Notes: a model not told the origin generated them from the sequence alone. Positions 1 through 14,848 are shown, numbered from the stretch's first letter. The stretch is 64,000 bases of DNA from the human T2T-CHM13v2.0 reference genome, Homo sapiens (GCA_009914755.4 CP086569.2:16128001-16192000), one strand, 5' to 3'. Numbers and translations: made by a program.

Positions 1-552
1 ATGGTGCAATATCTTAAAACCTAGATAGGTGGAAGCAACAATAAAAAAAAAAGCTCAATAGAAAAATATTAAACTAAATAATAATAATAACAAAACAAAT
101 AGACTATATCATCAGTGAGTTAGTTTGGCCAAAAGAATCCAGAAAATAAAAACCAGTTTCTGCCACCAATCAGCAGCACTTCTGTAATATCCCTTGGCAT
201 GTATATTTTTACATCCCCTTCTCTGCTTTTGGTCTATTTACATAATACATCTCAAAAAATTGCAGCATGATGGCAATATCAAAGACTTCATCAATACTCT
301 GTAAAGAGGGTGGAGTTAAATTGGGCCATAAATGCAAATATGATTGCACTCGGGTGAAATTAAAACTCTACTATGCAGCTGAACCCTAAATGAATTCTCT
401 CTGGCATTGATATTTTAATTTCTTCTCACTGCTGATGATAGATTTCCATGAATAAACAAACTTCCTTTCCTCATATATGGGGTCTTCTGTCTGCAAGATT
501 CATGCAGGAACCTATTATTCCATTTCATGATAGTCCTATTCCAGTACTTTCT

Positions 553-887
<335 letters not shown>

Positions 888-1140
888 CTTTGAGTTAAGT
901 TGTTTAGTACTATTAGTCACTGCACTGTGACCATTGCTCCCAGTGGGAATGAATCAAGGCACTAAGAGAAAGCTTGGAGTAAATAACAAAGAACACACCA
1001 TAGAAAGTCATTACTATGCACATTTCTAGACCAGTACTACCTCTAAATGAAAATTGGATACTGGATCCTCTTTTCTGAAAGTGGGCCAGTGGGATTTTAT
1101 CTAAATAAGTTATGCAACAGTATCCTGGATGCCACTTGCT

Positions 1141-1446
1141 GTTTGTTTGTTGTTTGTTTCTGTAGAGAGATAGGGTCTTGCTCTGTTTCCCAGGCTGGAG
1201 TGCAGTGGCAGAATCATACCTCGCCACAGCCTGGAATTCCTAAGCAATAGCAACCTTCCTACCTCAGCTTCCTGAGTAGCTGGAACTACAAGCATGTGCC
1301 ACCATGCCTCGCTAATTTTATTAATTTTTTTTAGAGATGGGATCTTGCTATGTTCGTCAGGCTGGTCATAAGCTCCTGGGCTCAAGCAATCCTCCTGCTC
1401 TGGCCTCCTAAAGCTCTGGAATTACAGGCATGAGTCACTGCCCCGG
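1141..1446 (-). mobile_element. Alu SINE (older, AluJ-like), antisense
   Basis: (TTTG)n tail, then gagatagggtcttgctctgtttcccaggctggagtgcagtggc ... gggctcaagcaatcctcctg ... attacaggcatgagtcactgcccc. Diverged from consensus. Confidence 0.85.
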
Positions 1447-1639
1447 TACCAATGTCCTCTTTAATTGACCCAATCTTGACTCCTCAGAACTTTTCCATAG
1501 AGAGGAGCAAGATCCATTCATAACAAAGCCCCCTCTGTGGCTGTGGCTTAGGAATTTAAACAGCCAACAGGATAGAGAACTTCTTGAAATTTCAGGAGTG
1601 TTGACATTTTTAAATTGGAAGAACACGTAGCAGGTTGAT

Positions 1640-1935
1640 TCCATGTCTTTGCTATTGTGAACAGTGCTGCAATGAACATACACATACATATATCTTGGTA
1701 ATTGAATGATTTTTAAACCTTTGAGTATATACTCAGTGATGGGATTGCTAGATCATATGGTATTCTTGGTTCTAGATCTTTGAGGAATTGCCAAACTGTG
1801 TTTTCACAATGGTTAAACTAATTTACATTCCCACAAACAGTGTAAAAATGTTTCTAGTTTTCCATAACCTCTCCAATATCTATTGTTTCTTGACTTTTTA
1901 ATAATCTCCATTCTGACTGGTGTGATTGGTCATTA
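1640..1935 (-). mobile_element. L1 fragment (ORF2 3' region, antisense), diverged
   Basis: Matches antisense L1: tttgctattgtgaa(t/c)agtgc(c/t)gcaat(g/a)aacata ... tatatactcagtgatgggattgctag ... ccacaatggttaaactaatttacattcccacaaacagtgtaaaa. Confidence 0.75.
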
Positions 1936-2270
1936 TTAAGGAGAGTCCCCTAGTCAATACATACTGTTATAAAGGTATGAGTGAATAAATACATGAATTA
2001 ATGAAACCCAAAAGAGTTTATTATGTTTCCCTTCTGGTTTCAGTACATGGGCAGTGTCCGTGCTTGAGTTTGTCGTAATTTCATGAGCTGGGAAGTGCAC
2101 AAGCCATATTGCTTTCAACGTTATTCCCAAAAGGTACAATGTCATCCTCTGACTTATCTTGACCTTTTCAGGTACATGCATATGCATGAGACCCTTGTCA
2201 ATGTTCAATATTCTTTCAATTTGGATAGACATTCCTACATTGCTGCTTAATTAACTATACTTATCATTTT

Positions 2271-2345
2271 GTTATAGAGAATTTTCTTATAAATTATCTT
2301 ACAGAGAATTTTCCAATAAATTATCTTATAGAGAATTTTCTAATT
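2271..2345. repeat. short tandem repeat, about 3 copies of a 26-28 bp unit (agagaattttc..ataaattatctta)
   Basis: Direct visual repetition of gagaattttcttataaattatcttacagagaattttccaataaattatcttatagagaattttctaat. Confidence 0.6.
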
Positions 2346-4233
2346 AGTAATGAGTATAATTATGGAATAATTTTAGGGCATCATAATAGTAAAAATTCTA
2401 AGCAGTCTCTGACTCATTATTGAAATTCAAAATCTCAAAGCACCATATACCAAGTGATGTATTGTACATAATGACTTTCTTATTCAATTTTTCTAATCTA
2501 TTTTTTATCCCCTAGGCTTTTTTCTCAGTAATTGTCCAGAGCTTTTAATAAAAGAATACTAGTTATTGAATCTTCATGCATCTTTATTTTCAGATTCACA
2601 TCTTGAAGTCTGCATAACTAGCAGCAGAGAACGTAAGAGAAAAATGTATGTGAATATGGTCTATGAAAATTATTCTAAGTTCTTACATGTCCTTCAGTTC
2701 ATCCCACCAAAAAAGAAGACAAAAACCTTGGAAGGGATAAATAAATCTCCTCTCTTTTGTATAAGCACAGACTGTCTTTCCATATCAGGATTTGTTTATT
2801 TAATACCTGGGGATCCCATCAGTAATAGGATACAGACATACATAAACCCTATCATCTTCTTTGCAGAATCAAGATGCCATTCATGGGTCATGACCTTGTA
2901 GAAACTGTGCAAATGTGTGTTGAATCAGAAAGTCCAAATGACCACACCTGTACCAGGTCTATGTTTAGCTGTCTCTGAAATACAGAGCTGTCAGGCCATG
3001 AATCTTAGTAATTATTAGAGTTTCTGCAGGTTTCTTTTATGTTCAACCATAAATATTCGATACAAAATTCTTATTAAAGAACTATGGTCACACCATTGTT
3101 GCTGAAATCATTCCTTCCATCAAACCCAAGATCCAATGTTCTTATTTCCCAAATATGGTGCAGGCAGCATTGTGGTAAACACCACTGAATAGACTTGTTG
3201 TTCAGTATGTCTCAAAGACCTGAATTGGCTGTTCAGCCAAAGCTTAAATAAATACAACAATTAAGGAGGAGAGGATGCTGTTTGAACAACTCAGGTTCTG
3301 TCTAACACTTTCTACTCCTTTGAAGACAAAAGTACAATCCCTTAAAAAAATAACAAACACTACTTTTTAAACCTTAACACAGGCAGAGATTATGCAAGAA
3401 TATGACCTAAAAGAAGAGATTAAAGTTGCATTTAGAAGATCATTGACGAGTGATCTTGAAGATACGTATCTCTGAATAGTAGTAAATTCTGAAAGCAGAA
3501 TAAGTAGGAAGTGAAAAAGTTGTGGCAGTATGTGTGGACAAATTTTGAATGTTTGTCTGGCAATGAATATGTTAAAATTGGAAGCATACTGATGGATGAC
3601 ATTTGGCAAGTATGCTGAGAACCATAGAGAACTAATTCATCTGCAGATGTGCCATTCTTAGAAAGGTTGGCGATAAAGAAGAGAAAGGGGATGAATGATG
3701 GGGACCATTATGTGGATGAGATAGAATTTACAGAGCAGAGTGGGAGATTCTTATCTCAGATCCTATGCACCCCAGAAATGGCAGTGAAGAAAGGATGCAG
3801 GTATAGATCATTTTGCAGGAGATGCAAAACACCAACGAAGGTTATTCCTGATAATGACTGTTTCTCTGTGCATTAGAAAGAAAGACTGTGTGCTGAAAGT
3901 GAGGGGTAAAGCAGAGGACTTGAGACAAATTGGAGAATGTGGTAAAAGCCAGCATGAGAAATGGGAGAGGGAGTTTATCAGGCAGTAGCATCAGAATTGT
4001 GCACAACACTGTTAATTTTGGTGCTCAGAGAGCAGTAAAGACATGAATTCTCACCGGTGTACGTGCCCGGTGATAGTAACAGAGGGAGTATATGGTTCAA
4101 TTGATCTGGGAGTAGAAGCTGGGTGAGACCAAGCTGATTTGAAGAAAAAAGAAGAGGGAAAGGAAATGGCTGTGGTATTTAGAATGCAATTGTCTGGATA
4201 GGAGAGGACAGTAACTAAAGCACCATTTATTAA

Positions 4234-5343
<1,110 letters not shown>

Positions 5344-5613
5344 TCTGCCCATGAACCACAGAGATGGAGTGCATTAGTTTTTTCTCCTCCCTTTCCTTCC
5401 AGCAAAGATTTTTGCACAAAGGCATGAAGTTCAATTATAAAATGACTATTGATTAATAGCAATGGAGGATGACAGAAACCTAAGAGTTGAGCATAAAATA
5501 AGTGAAGTTAAATGGAAGGTATTCGGGGAAATGAGAACACGCCAAGGGGTGGATGGTACACAATTGTTGAAAGTTCGCTCACTACTCAGCTTCTTGCATT
5601 AAGAGATGACATG

Positions 5614-5914
5614 GTTGGCGGGATGTGGTGGCTCATGCCTGTCATCCCAACAATTTGGGAGGTCAAGGCAGGTGGATCACCTGAGGTTAGGAGTTCAAGA
5701 CAATCCTGGCAAACATGGCAAAACTCTATCTCTACTAAAGATACAAAAATTAGCTGGGTGTGGTGGCAGGTGCCTGTAATCCCAGCTACTTGGGAGGCTG
5801 AGGCAGAAGGATGCTTGAACCTGGGAGGCGGAGGTTGCAGTGAGCCGAGATCATGTCACTGCACTATACCCTGGGTGACAGAGCAAGACTGTGTCTCACG
5901 AAAAAAAAAAAAAG
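5614..5914 (+). mobile_element. Alu SINE (AluS/Y-like), sense
   Basis: ggcgggatgtggtggctcatgcctgtcatcccaacaatttgggaggtcaaggcaggtggatcacctgaggt ... gcactataccctgggtgacagagcaagactgtgtctc, then an A13 tail. The 177-aa ORF at 5512-6045 is Alu read-through. Confidence 0.9.
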
Positions 5915-7359
5915 AGACGGCATGGTCAAGTCAACTCCCAGGGAAATATTACAGGTGTCATTTCAGAGTGTGGAGCCATTCGTATTCAAATGGCTGGATC
6001 TGTGTGATCTGCATTTCAACTATACAAAATCTCACAGACTTATAAGAATGATTATATCAGATTGAAAATGGTCTCAGCAATTGCAGCTTACTGGAGTCTT
6101 GGGCTAGCTCCCCGGACATATTCGCTTAGCGCCTAGGTATTTTGTTTTTACTACATTGATTTGTGCTTGTTTGTTGGTACCATTGGAAATGGGGCTTTGG
6201 CTGAATTTTGTGTTTGTGTGTGCACATGTGTGTGTGTGCACTCCTAAACAAAGATAGTAAACTCCTGAAGAGGCAGTTTATGTTTCCCTTACATATATGC
6301 ACACTGCTTAATTATTTTCTCACTTTTCTCATTTTAACTGTTTGGTGTATGTTGCTGACTAGCTAAATTCAGGTAGATTCTGTTTTCTGTTGGAAACATT
6401 GATCCCTGGTACTTTTGTTGAAAATGGTGGGGGGTTAGCACTTCCCTCAAAGAAACCATTTCAGTAAAAATTTCAAAGAACTCATTTGGGAGCTTAATTC
6501 CAACTGTAAGTTGTGCTATCAGCTTCACAAAAAAAACTGTTTCCATCGATGGTAGTTTGGTTATTAACCCAATAACTACTTCAACCCAAAGACCTGAAGG
6601 GCATATGAAGATGATTTCTGAACACTGGGCACCATCAGGAATATCCTGGAAATTTCTAGTTCAGCAACACAATTGAAACTATGTCGTGATGGTTGCAGTT
6701 GTGACCTCAAAAAGAATTCTTTGTTTTTTATATGTTGAAAGAAAAAAGGGAAGACAAGATGCCAATTCTGGTGTTCTTCATCATTGCTATAGATGGATTC
6801 CCTTAGGTAATTTGCTTGGCAATTACCTTTGCAAACTCTCTGGTTTTCAATGAAGAAATCACAGTAGCTGGAAATGGAGGGATATTTTGGCCCTAAGTCA
6901 AGTTTTCACAATTGCCTCTTCCAGTTCTGTGTTCTATGAATTTATTTAGTAAACACCCTAGTCATCAATACTTGAGCAATGAAAAATAACAGATATTTCT
7001 TTGAGAAGAAAGAGAAGAAAATGAAGTAAAATAGCAGGTAGCCACAATCCTTTTAGGTAAGGAGAATCTCTTGGAAGAGGCCTTGAGATCATTTTTCAAG
7101 ATAAAATGTGCAATCTTTCATCTCACTTTGAGATGTCAGAAATATAACACTCATTATCAACCATGCTTAGGTGAATATTTCTTTTCACTTCTCACCTCAG
7201 AAATCCATGTATTTGTACAAATGATATTATAAGTACAAAAACCACAGGCAAGATATTTTTACAACAGGAGGAATTTAGCTGAGCACTTAAGCAGAAGAAT
7301 AATTGGTGTTTTTGCAGCTTCACTGGAGGTTTCAGAAGTCAGAATTATGAGGCAGCTTC

Positions 7360-7658
7360 TTTTTTTTGTTTTGTTTTGACACTGATTTCTACTCTTTCAC
7401 CCAGGCTGGAGTGAAGTGGTATGATCTTGGCTCACTGCAACCTCCGCCCCTTAGGTTCAAGTGATTCTCCTGCCTCAGCCTCCAGGGTAGCTGGAATTAC
7501 AGGCATGCATTATCACGTCTGGCTAAGTTTTATATTTTTATCAGAGATGGTTTTGCCATGTTGGCTAGGCTGATCTTGAACTCCTGACCTCAGGTGATCC
7601 ACCCACTCCAGCCTCCCAAAGTTTGAGGGTTACAGGTGTGAGCCAGCATGCCTTGGCT
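7360..7658 (-). mobile_element. Alu SINE, antisense
   Basis: Poly-T tail, cacccaggctggagtgaagtggtatgatcttggctcactgcaacctccgcc ... gtgagccagcatgcc. Confidence 0.9.
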
Positions 7659-8718
7659 CACCTGTGCTTCTTATAACCAACCTCTGTCCTGAATCCTCCC
7701 TGGCCACTTTTTTCTCTCTCTCCCATCAGGAGTCCCAGTGGGATAATATACATTTCATCTTATCATTTCCTAATTCCCCCTCCTTCAATCCCTGGCCAGC
7801 AGGTGGTGCTTTTTTCTTCTTTTCAAATTGTTTCCCCAAGGTACCTCCCACGTGCTACACCCAGGGACTATAAATCCTCATTCATTCTGATGGAAGCATT
7901 TAAACCCATATCACTTCAAATTATCTCTGCTTTGGCCTCCGACAGCACTTTCTTCCTGGTTTCCTGAATTTCACTGGGTTGCTTCTTCTTGGTCTTGATC
8001 CATTTAATCATTCCTCCTTTTTCTGATCAACCAGGAGGTGACATCTCCAAAACTTCTGAGTTAGTCTTTGCACATACGTAGCCAATGCCGAATTTTCATA
8101 GGACAACTCACTGCACAGATCGTATGTCCTATGGAGGAGGCTTACTTTTACCTGATGGTAGGGGCTGTGAAAAGCCACTGAAATATTCTGTGCAAAGGTG
8201 GCCTGATCCAGGGAGTCTTTTTTAAAAGCCACACTGTGTCCAGAGTGGAGGATTTACTAAAAACTGAGTAGAGACAAGATAATGCAATTCGAAGAATACT
8301 TTCCTTAATGCAATTGAAGTAAAGGTGGCAGTAATGCTGTGGCAGTAAAGAGAGCAGTTTCTAGAAGAGAGTGATGTCAGGAAGGCAAAATCAAGGAGCC
8401 CTCAATGATGATTTGGATACAATAGATGGGAAGGAGGGAAGAATCTTTTCCTGGATTCTGCCTGGATGATGAGGGTGCCATTTACTGAGATAAGGAACTG
8501 AAGGAGAATCTAGGATGAAGAGAGAGAATATATTATTAAGCAATCAAGGTAATCTAATCACATGGTTGTTACTTGTGATTAGAATACAGGGGTCATGCAT
8601 TTTATTTTCTCAAGAATATATGATTATCTCTTATATATGTATATATTAACATATATAAGTGAAATTAGTTGAATATATGCCTATAGATAAAAGCATTTAT
8701 ATACCCAAAGTTTGTAAG

Positions 8719-8754
8719 TGATATGGTTTGGCTGTATCCCCACCCAAATCTCAT
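8719..8754 (+). mobile_element. MaLR solo LTR (THE1/MST-type), 5' portion, interrupted by an L1 insertion
   Basis: tgatatggtttggctgtatccccacccaaatctcat is the canonical start of THE1/MST LTRs. Confidence 0.75.
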
Positions 8755-10056
8755 TTTTTTTTTTCTTAATGTCTAGACACTTATTACCTCTGGTATTAAC
8801 TTTCTTGTTTTGCCACATTATTTCATGGAAGGTCACTTTATGCTATAAGCTGTAACATTTTTTACTTTATACTTATTTCTTTCCATAGGTTATCGGGGAA
8901 TAGGTGGTGTTATCTGGGAACAGGTGGTGTTTGGTTACATTAGTAAGTTCTTTAGTGGTGATTCGTAAGATTTTGGTGCACGATCACCCAAAAGGTATAC
9001 ACCACACCCTATTTGTTGTCTTTTATCCCTCACTCCTTCACACCCTTTCACACTGAGTCCCCAAAATGTATGCTGTCATTGTTATGTTTTTGCATCCTCA
9101 TGTCTTAGCTCACAGTATGAGTGAGAACATACCGCTTGGTTTTCCATTCCTGGGTTACATCCCTTAGAAAAACAGTTTCCAATCTCATCCAGGTTGCAAC
9201 AAATGCTATTAATTCATTTCTTTTAATGGTTGAGTTTGTGCTTGTATTCCATCACAAAAATGTGCTATTATTCCATCATAAATATACCACAGTTTCTTTA
9301 TCCACTCGATGATTGAATCGGCATTTGCTTTGATTCCATGTTTTTGCAATTGTGAATTGTGCTGCTATAAACATCCATGTGCAAATATCTTCTTTCACAT
9401 ATTGACTTATTTTCCTATGAGTAGATACCCAGTAGTGGGATTACTGGATCAAACAGTAGTTCTACTTTTCGTTATTTAAGGAATCTCCACACTGTTTTCC
9501 TTAGTGGCTGTACTAGATTACATTCCCGCCAGCAGTGTAGAAGTATTCCCTGATCACCACATCCATGTCAACATCTACAGTTTTTTGATTTCTTGATTAT
9601 GGCCATTCTTACAGGGGTAAGGTGCTATTGCATTGTGGTTTTGATTTGCATTTCCCTGATCATTAGTGATGTTGAGCATTTTTTTCATGTGTTTGTTGGC
9701 CATTTGTATATCTTCTTTTGAGAATTGTCTATTCACATCCTTGGCCCACTTTTTGATGAGATTGTTCACTTTTTTTCTTGTTGATTTGTTTGAGTTCATT
9801 GTAAACTAATAAAGGATATTAGTCCTTTGTCAGATACATAGTTTGTGAAGATTTTTTCCCATTCTGTGGGTTGTCTGTTTACTCAGATGACTGTTCTTTT
9901 TGCCAAGCAAAAGCTCTTTAGTTTAATTATGTCCCAGCAATTTATCTTTGTATTGCATTTGCTTTTGGGTTCTTGGTCATAAAATCCCTCCCTAAACCAA
10001 TGTCTAGAAGGATTTTTCCAATTTATCTTCTAGAATTTTTATAGTTTCCAGTCCAC
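8755..10056 (-). mobile_element. L1 (L1PB/L1MA-like) 3' end, about 1.3 kb, antisense, inserted into the MaLR LTR
   Basis: Poly-T at 8755-8764, antisense 3' UTR (ttatcggggaataggtggtgtt), then antisense ORF2 (gtgagaacataccgcttggttttccattcctgggttacatccc ... gcaattgtgaattgtgctgctataaacatccatgtgcaaat ... ggtaaggtgctattgcattgtggttttgatttgcatttccctgatcattagtgatgttgagcatttttttcatgtg ... ccctttgtcagatacatagtttgtgaagattttttcccattctgtgggttgtctgtttactc). Direct repeat a(a/c)atctcat at 8746-8754 and 10055-10063 is the candidate target-site duplication. Confidence 0.85.
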
Positions 10057-10371
10057 ATCTCATTTTGAACTATATTTCTTATAATCCCTACATGTCATGG
10101 GAGGAACCAGTGGGAGATAAATGAATCATGGGGGTGGTTACCTCCATGCTGTTCTTATGATAGTGGGTGAGTTCACTTGAGAGCTGATGGTTTTAGAAAA
10201 GGCTTTTCGCCAACTCCATTCTGCATTTCTCTTGTCTGCTGCCATAAAAGAGGTGACTTTCCTCCTCCTTTGCCTTCTGCCATCATTGTGAGTTTGTTAA
10301 ACCTCTTTTTATTTAGAAATTGCCCAGTCTCAGGTATGTCTTTATTAACAGCATGAGAACAGACTAATATG
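10057..10371 (+). mobile_element. MaLR solo LTR (THE1/MST-type), remainder after the L1 insertion
   Basis: atctcattttgaactata..ataatccctacatgtcatgggaggaaccagtgggagataaatgaatcatggggg ... gtgactttcctcctcctttgccttctgccatcattgtgag ... gttaaacctctttttatttagaaattgcccagtctcaggtatgtctttattaacagcatgagaacagactaatat is the THE1/MST body and terminus. Confidence 0.8.
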
Positions 10372-10375
10372 CTGT

Positions 10376-10660
10376 AAATAATTATAAATAAATTGGTGAC
10401 ATCTACTTATATACTATAACATATATAGTCATATATGTCATAGATTATAAATTATCACATTTTGTATTTACCACATATAAAATCATATGTATTACATTAT
10501 AAAATCTTAGAAATTATGATTTTGAAATTATATAAATGATTACAATATAGTTTATAAAATATTATATAATATCTATTATATTTATTACAGCTGTATACAT
10601 TATTTAGTGCTTTATATATTATAGACATATGAATTATATGTAGTGGATCCTCATTATATG
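10376..10660. repeat. AT-rich (TA-rich) low-complexity block
   Basis: About 280 bp of at/tata-rich sequence with many short inverted and direct repeats (tatatgtcatagattataaattatcacatttt...). Confidence 0.7.
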
Positions 10661-11989
10661 AAGATTCTGCATTTACCTGTCTGCCTATTCACTAAAATGT
10701 ACTTGTGACCACAGCATCAATGCCTGGGGTGTGTTCATAGTCATTTACAGACATGTGCATTGTGAGGAAAAATCTAAGTCACCCAACAAAACACATTGTC
10801 AGCTGGGGATGAACAAGGCCACACTGCATTCTTGATTCACTTCATCCTGTAAACAAGTGTCATTTTAGCTGTCAATTTCATATCGTGTTTTTGACATGTT
10901 TATGCTTTTTCTTGTTGGTTTTGTTATGAAAATGGCCCCAAACCACAGTGCTGGAGTGCCGTGTTGTGTCCCGAAGCAAAAGAAGTCTATGGTGTGTCTT
11001 ATGGAAATAACATATGTATTAGAGAAGCTTCATTCAGGCATGAGTTCTAGTGATGTTGGCCATGAGTTCTACATGAAGGAAACAACAACGTGTATGAAGT
11101 TAGGTTTCTCTATACAGAAACAAGTAGAAAACAACATCATCTATTCATCAGCTGACAAAAATGTTGTAACCATGGGGCGCAAACAACCTAACCAATGGTT
11201 CAACGTTCACTAATTCAGTGTTTTTGTTACCTTTGTAGAATATACTGTAATGATCATGAACAATGAAAGTCAACTGTAAATACAAATTACAGACATTTAT
11301 ATAATATAAATTAGTTCAACCAACAATCACTGAATGTCTGTATTTCAGATACCTTGTCAGGTACTAAGAAAATAGATTTAGCAAAATAATAATAATTATG
11401 TTTTCTTAACTCAGCATACTCATACTCTAGTAAAGTGATTTCCAAATTTTTTTAATGACTCCATACCTTGTATTTACAACACACTATCATAAATAATATC
11501 TTTCAATATTTCATCACACAGAGCTATTCTCATCTAAAATTTTGACTTGGAAAAGAATAGCTAACAGGATGGACGGTGATTGCATTCATGGAGAAATGAG
11601 TCAGAGGATGTAATGAGTACAGCATTTTCTTGAGTGTAAGATTCATATGGGACATCTGTGTAGGGAACTTCATCCTATAGCTCAGAAATGAAATCTGGGG
11701 TGATGTTACAGATTTTGTGTCATCATTGCACCAAAGTATCTGGGAGGAATGTGCTTAGTGAGAATATAAGGGTGATGATGACACGAGATAGAGGTATCTA
11801 GGTGGGATTAAAGGAGAAAAAATGAGTTAAGACTAAAGAGAGCTTTCCCAGAAGATAAAGATGTCCCAAAAACCAAAGGGGAACAGAACTTTTTATGAGA
11901 AGAAGTTAGGAATGTCACAGTCACAGAGATCAAAGTAAGAGAAGGATTGTAAAGCTCTTAGGGAATTTGCCAATGTGGAAGTTACTGTA

Positions 11990-12632
11990 ACCTGAGAGAA
12001 AGAGGTTCCCCAGAATGTAGACTGCATATGGAAGGAAAAAAGTGGGAAAAAGAGTTTTGGAAAACAGTCTAGCAGTTTCTGAAAGCTTAAACATAGAGTT
12101 CCCACAGGACCCAGCAATTCCACTCCTAGGTCTATACTCAATAGAAATGAAAACATACCTATAAGAAAACATGTACATGGATGTTCATAGTAGCACTATT
12201 CATAGTAGCTTAAAAGTGAAAACATCCCAAATGTCCGTCAACTGATGAATGGATAAATAAAATGTGGTCTATACATACAATGGAACATTATTCAGTCATA
12301 CAAATGCATGAATCACTAATAAATGCTGCAACATGAATGAACCTTCAAAACATTATGCTAAGTGAAAGTAGCCACATGTTGTATGATTCAATTTTTAAGA
12401 AACATAAGAGACAGAATGTAAATAATTTGTTGCTTACCATTAGGGAAAGGCAATGAATGCTAATAGGCAGAGGGTTGAATGAATGCTAATGGGCACAGGG
12501 TTTCTTTTGGGAATGCTGAAAATATTCGGGAAGTAGAGAGTGGGGATGGTTGCACAACTTTGTGAATAAAAGCCACTGAATTGCACACTTTATTAATGAT
12601 ATGGAATGTATTTTATATTTAAATAAAGCTGC
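11990..12632 (+). mobile_element. Ancient L1M 3' end (ORF2 C-terminus and 3' UTR), sense
   Basis: gttttggaaaacagtctagcagtttc...cccagcaattccactcctaggtctatactcaatagaaatgaaaacat ... aaatgtccgtcaactgatgaatggataaataaaatgtggtctatacatacaatggaacattattcagtcata ... ggttgcacaactttgtgaataaaagccactgaattgcacactttat ... aaataaagctg. Translation follows the L1 ORF2 C-terminus with stops. May extend further 5'. Confidence 0.8.
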
Positions 12633-12802
12633 CCACCTTTTTCCTCATGGGAGGAAGTGAACATTATTATGATTGAATTTGACTCTAAGTGGCTGACCAT
12701 AAAGAGCAGAGGAGATGTCATAGCAGTAGCTAGATGAAGATGTGTAACAGATGAAGAGACAGATACTTTTAAAATAGAAAGGATTTAGTTTCCTGTGTGT
12801 GG

Positions 12803-13117
12803 GTTTTTCTTTCTTTTTTTTTTTTTTTTTTGAGACGGAGTCTTGCTCTGTCCCCCAGGCTGGAGTGCAGTGGTGTGATCTTGGCTCACTGCAAACTCTG
12901 CCTCCCAGGTTCATGCCATACTCCTGCCTCAGCCTCCTGAGTAGCTGGGACTGCAGGTGCCTGCCACCACGCCTGGCTAATTTTGTGTGTGTGTGTTTAG
13001 TAGAGATGGGGTTTCGCCATGTTAGCCAGGATGGTCTTGATCTCCTGAGCTAGTGATCCTGACCTGCCTCTGCCTCCTACACTGCTGGGACTACAGGTGT
13101 AAGCCACTGTGCCTGGC
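12803..13117 (-). mobile_element. Alu SINE (AluS/Y-like), antisense, about 29-nt poly-T
   Basis: tttttttt...gagacggagtcttgctctgtcccccaggctggagtgcagtggtgtgatcttggctcactgcaa ... gtaagccactgtgcctggc. Confidence 0.9.
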
Positions 13118-14004
13118 TTATTTGGTTGTTATTACTTTGGGATGAAATATATATAATTATATAATTGGGGGGATAATTAAGAAGATATGGCAAGAAAAAC
13201 TGAGAAAAAAAAGGAAAAAATAAGATTTTAACAGCAGAGATAGTTATCCTAGACTATAGGAACAATACTTCATCCACGAGATCAGAAGGAAGGAGTTCAA
13301 GTGGGAAGACTTGTAGATCATGGGATACAGACAAGGTATAGGGAATAGCAAAACACGAAGTGTCCTCGCACCACGTAGATACTATGTTCCCCACAAAGTA
13401 GAGAATAGATTATCCTGAGAGCAGAGCAAAGACAGAGGAGGTGAGAATGCCTTGAGCAAAGTGATGAGGATTTAGTATTACTACCCCAAGGAACACAAAA
13501 GGGGATCATTGTGGACAAGATTGTTGATGGCATTGGGTTATATAAATTGGAAGCAGATAAAGCTGGATGATCCCAGTCCCCTACAAATACTGAGCAGTTA
13601 GTCTAAGAAGCTAATTGGTTCTCTTAGCCGTTAACATGGTCAACATATTTTCAGCCAGGGTCAAGAAATTTATGGGGTGTAGGAAACAGAAATGAGAGTT
13701 AAGGGAATCCATAGTGCTAGGGAGAAGAAAGCTGAAATGAAAAACTTCAGATGAAAAATGGAAGAAAATAAAGATGTTTTTCATGGGGAGTGGCAGGTTG
13801 AAACAAGTAGCAAGGCCGACTTGGACAGAGGAAACCATCAGGAACCAGATATACTGATAAAGCCAAAATTTATCAGCAACAGAGATAAACTATTCCCCCC
13901 ACAGTCCAGAAGAAAAATCAAGGAGAAATGAGTGTGATAACTGTTTTCGCAAGAGGTGCAATGGGCTATATATTTTTCATTTTGATTTATGAATTTAAAA
14001 GTCT

Positions 14005-14295
14005 GACTGGGCACATGGCTTCCATTTGTAATCACAGCACTTTGGGAGGCCAAGATGGTGGATCACTTGAGGTCAGGAGTTTGAGACCAGCCTGTCCAAC
14101 ATGATGAAATCTGGTCTCTATGAAAAATGCAAAAATTAGCCAGGTGTGGTGGCACGCACCTGTAATCCCAGCTACTTAGAAGGCTGAGGCAGGAGAACTT
14201 GCTTGAACCTGGGAGACACAGGTTGCAGTAAGCTGAGAACACACCACTATACTCCAGCCTGGGTGACAGAGTGAGACTCCATCTGAAAAATAAAA
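14005..14295 (+). mobile_element. Alu SINE, sense
   Basis: ctgggcacatggcttccatttgtaatcacagcactttgggaggccaagatggtggatcacttgaggtcaggagtttgagaccagcctg ... ctccagcctgggtgacagagtgagactccatctg. Target-site duplication aagtctga at about 14000-14008 and 14296-14305. Confidence 0.9.
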
Positions 14296-14848
14296 TGAAG
14301 TCTGAACAAGGTTATGCAGAAAATGGTAGACCCTTAAATTCAGACACATTCATTTGAATGCAAAGAAGAGAGAGATATCACTGGGCAGGAAAACAATGGA
14401 AGTTGATTTACATATGTTTCTTAATGCAAAAATTATGCATTTTAGGTTTCACTAAGCAATATGTCATTAAATGTTGGTAGGCAGGTCTTGTTTTGAACAG
14501 TAAGTTTGTGCTACCACCCTTTCTGCAAGTACTGTAAGTTCAACTCAGTATGATCGCTTTCCAGTGAGACCCAATGCTTCAGCATTTGATTTGCCTTAGT
14601 GACATGAGATGATATCAGTTCCCTCAAATGGACATCGTTTTGATGTGGATCATTAAGAGTTATTTTCTATGTTCTTGAGAGGGGATGCACTGAGAGATAC
14701 ATTTCCCATGAACTGTTCTGGAAAATAACTGTGTAAATTTAGAGAGGGTTGGGACAATATACTCACTTCTCAGAGAAATATCTGTCTTCACACACACAAA
14801 AAATCTCACTGTCAAGCTACTCTGGTTAATCGGTAATGAAACAAAACG

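Noticed and set aside
2566-2901. 111-aa plus ORF in non-repeat sequence
   Set aside because: No homology I can recognise and low-complexity K-rich composition. Surrounded by AT-rich non-coding-like sequence with no splice-site or codon-usage support. Treated as a chance ORF.
5512-6045. 177-aa plus-strand ORF (and the overlapping 70-aa ORF) that might look like a gene
   Set aside because: It lies entirely across an Alu element at 5614-5914. Its translation (..[28 protein letters not shown]..) is the familiar Alu read-through peptide.
11560-11990. Possible upstream extension of the L1M at 11990-12632
   Set aside because: I could not recognise L1 ORF2 motifs in translation or nucleotide sequence there. 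Left unannotated rather than guessed.
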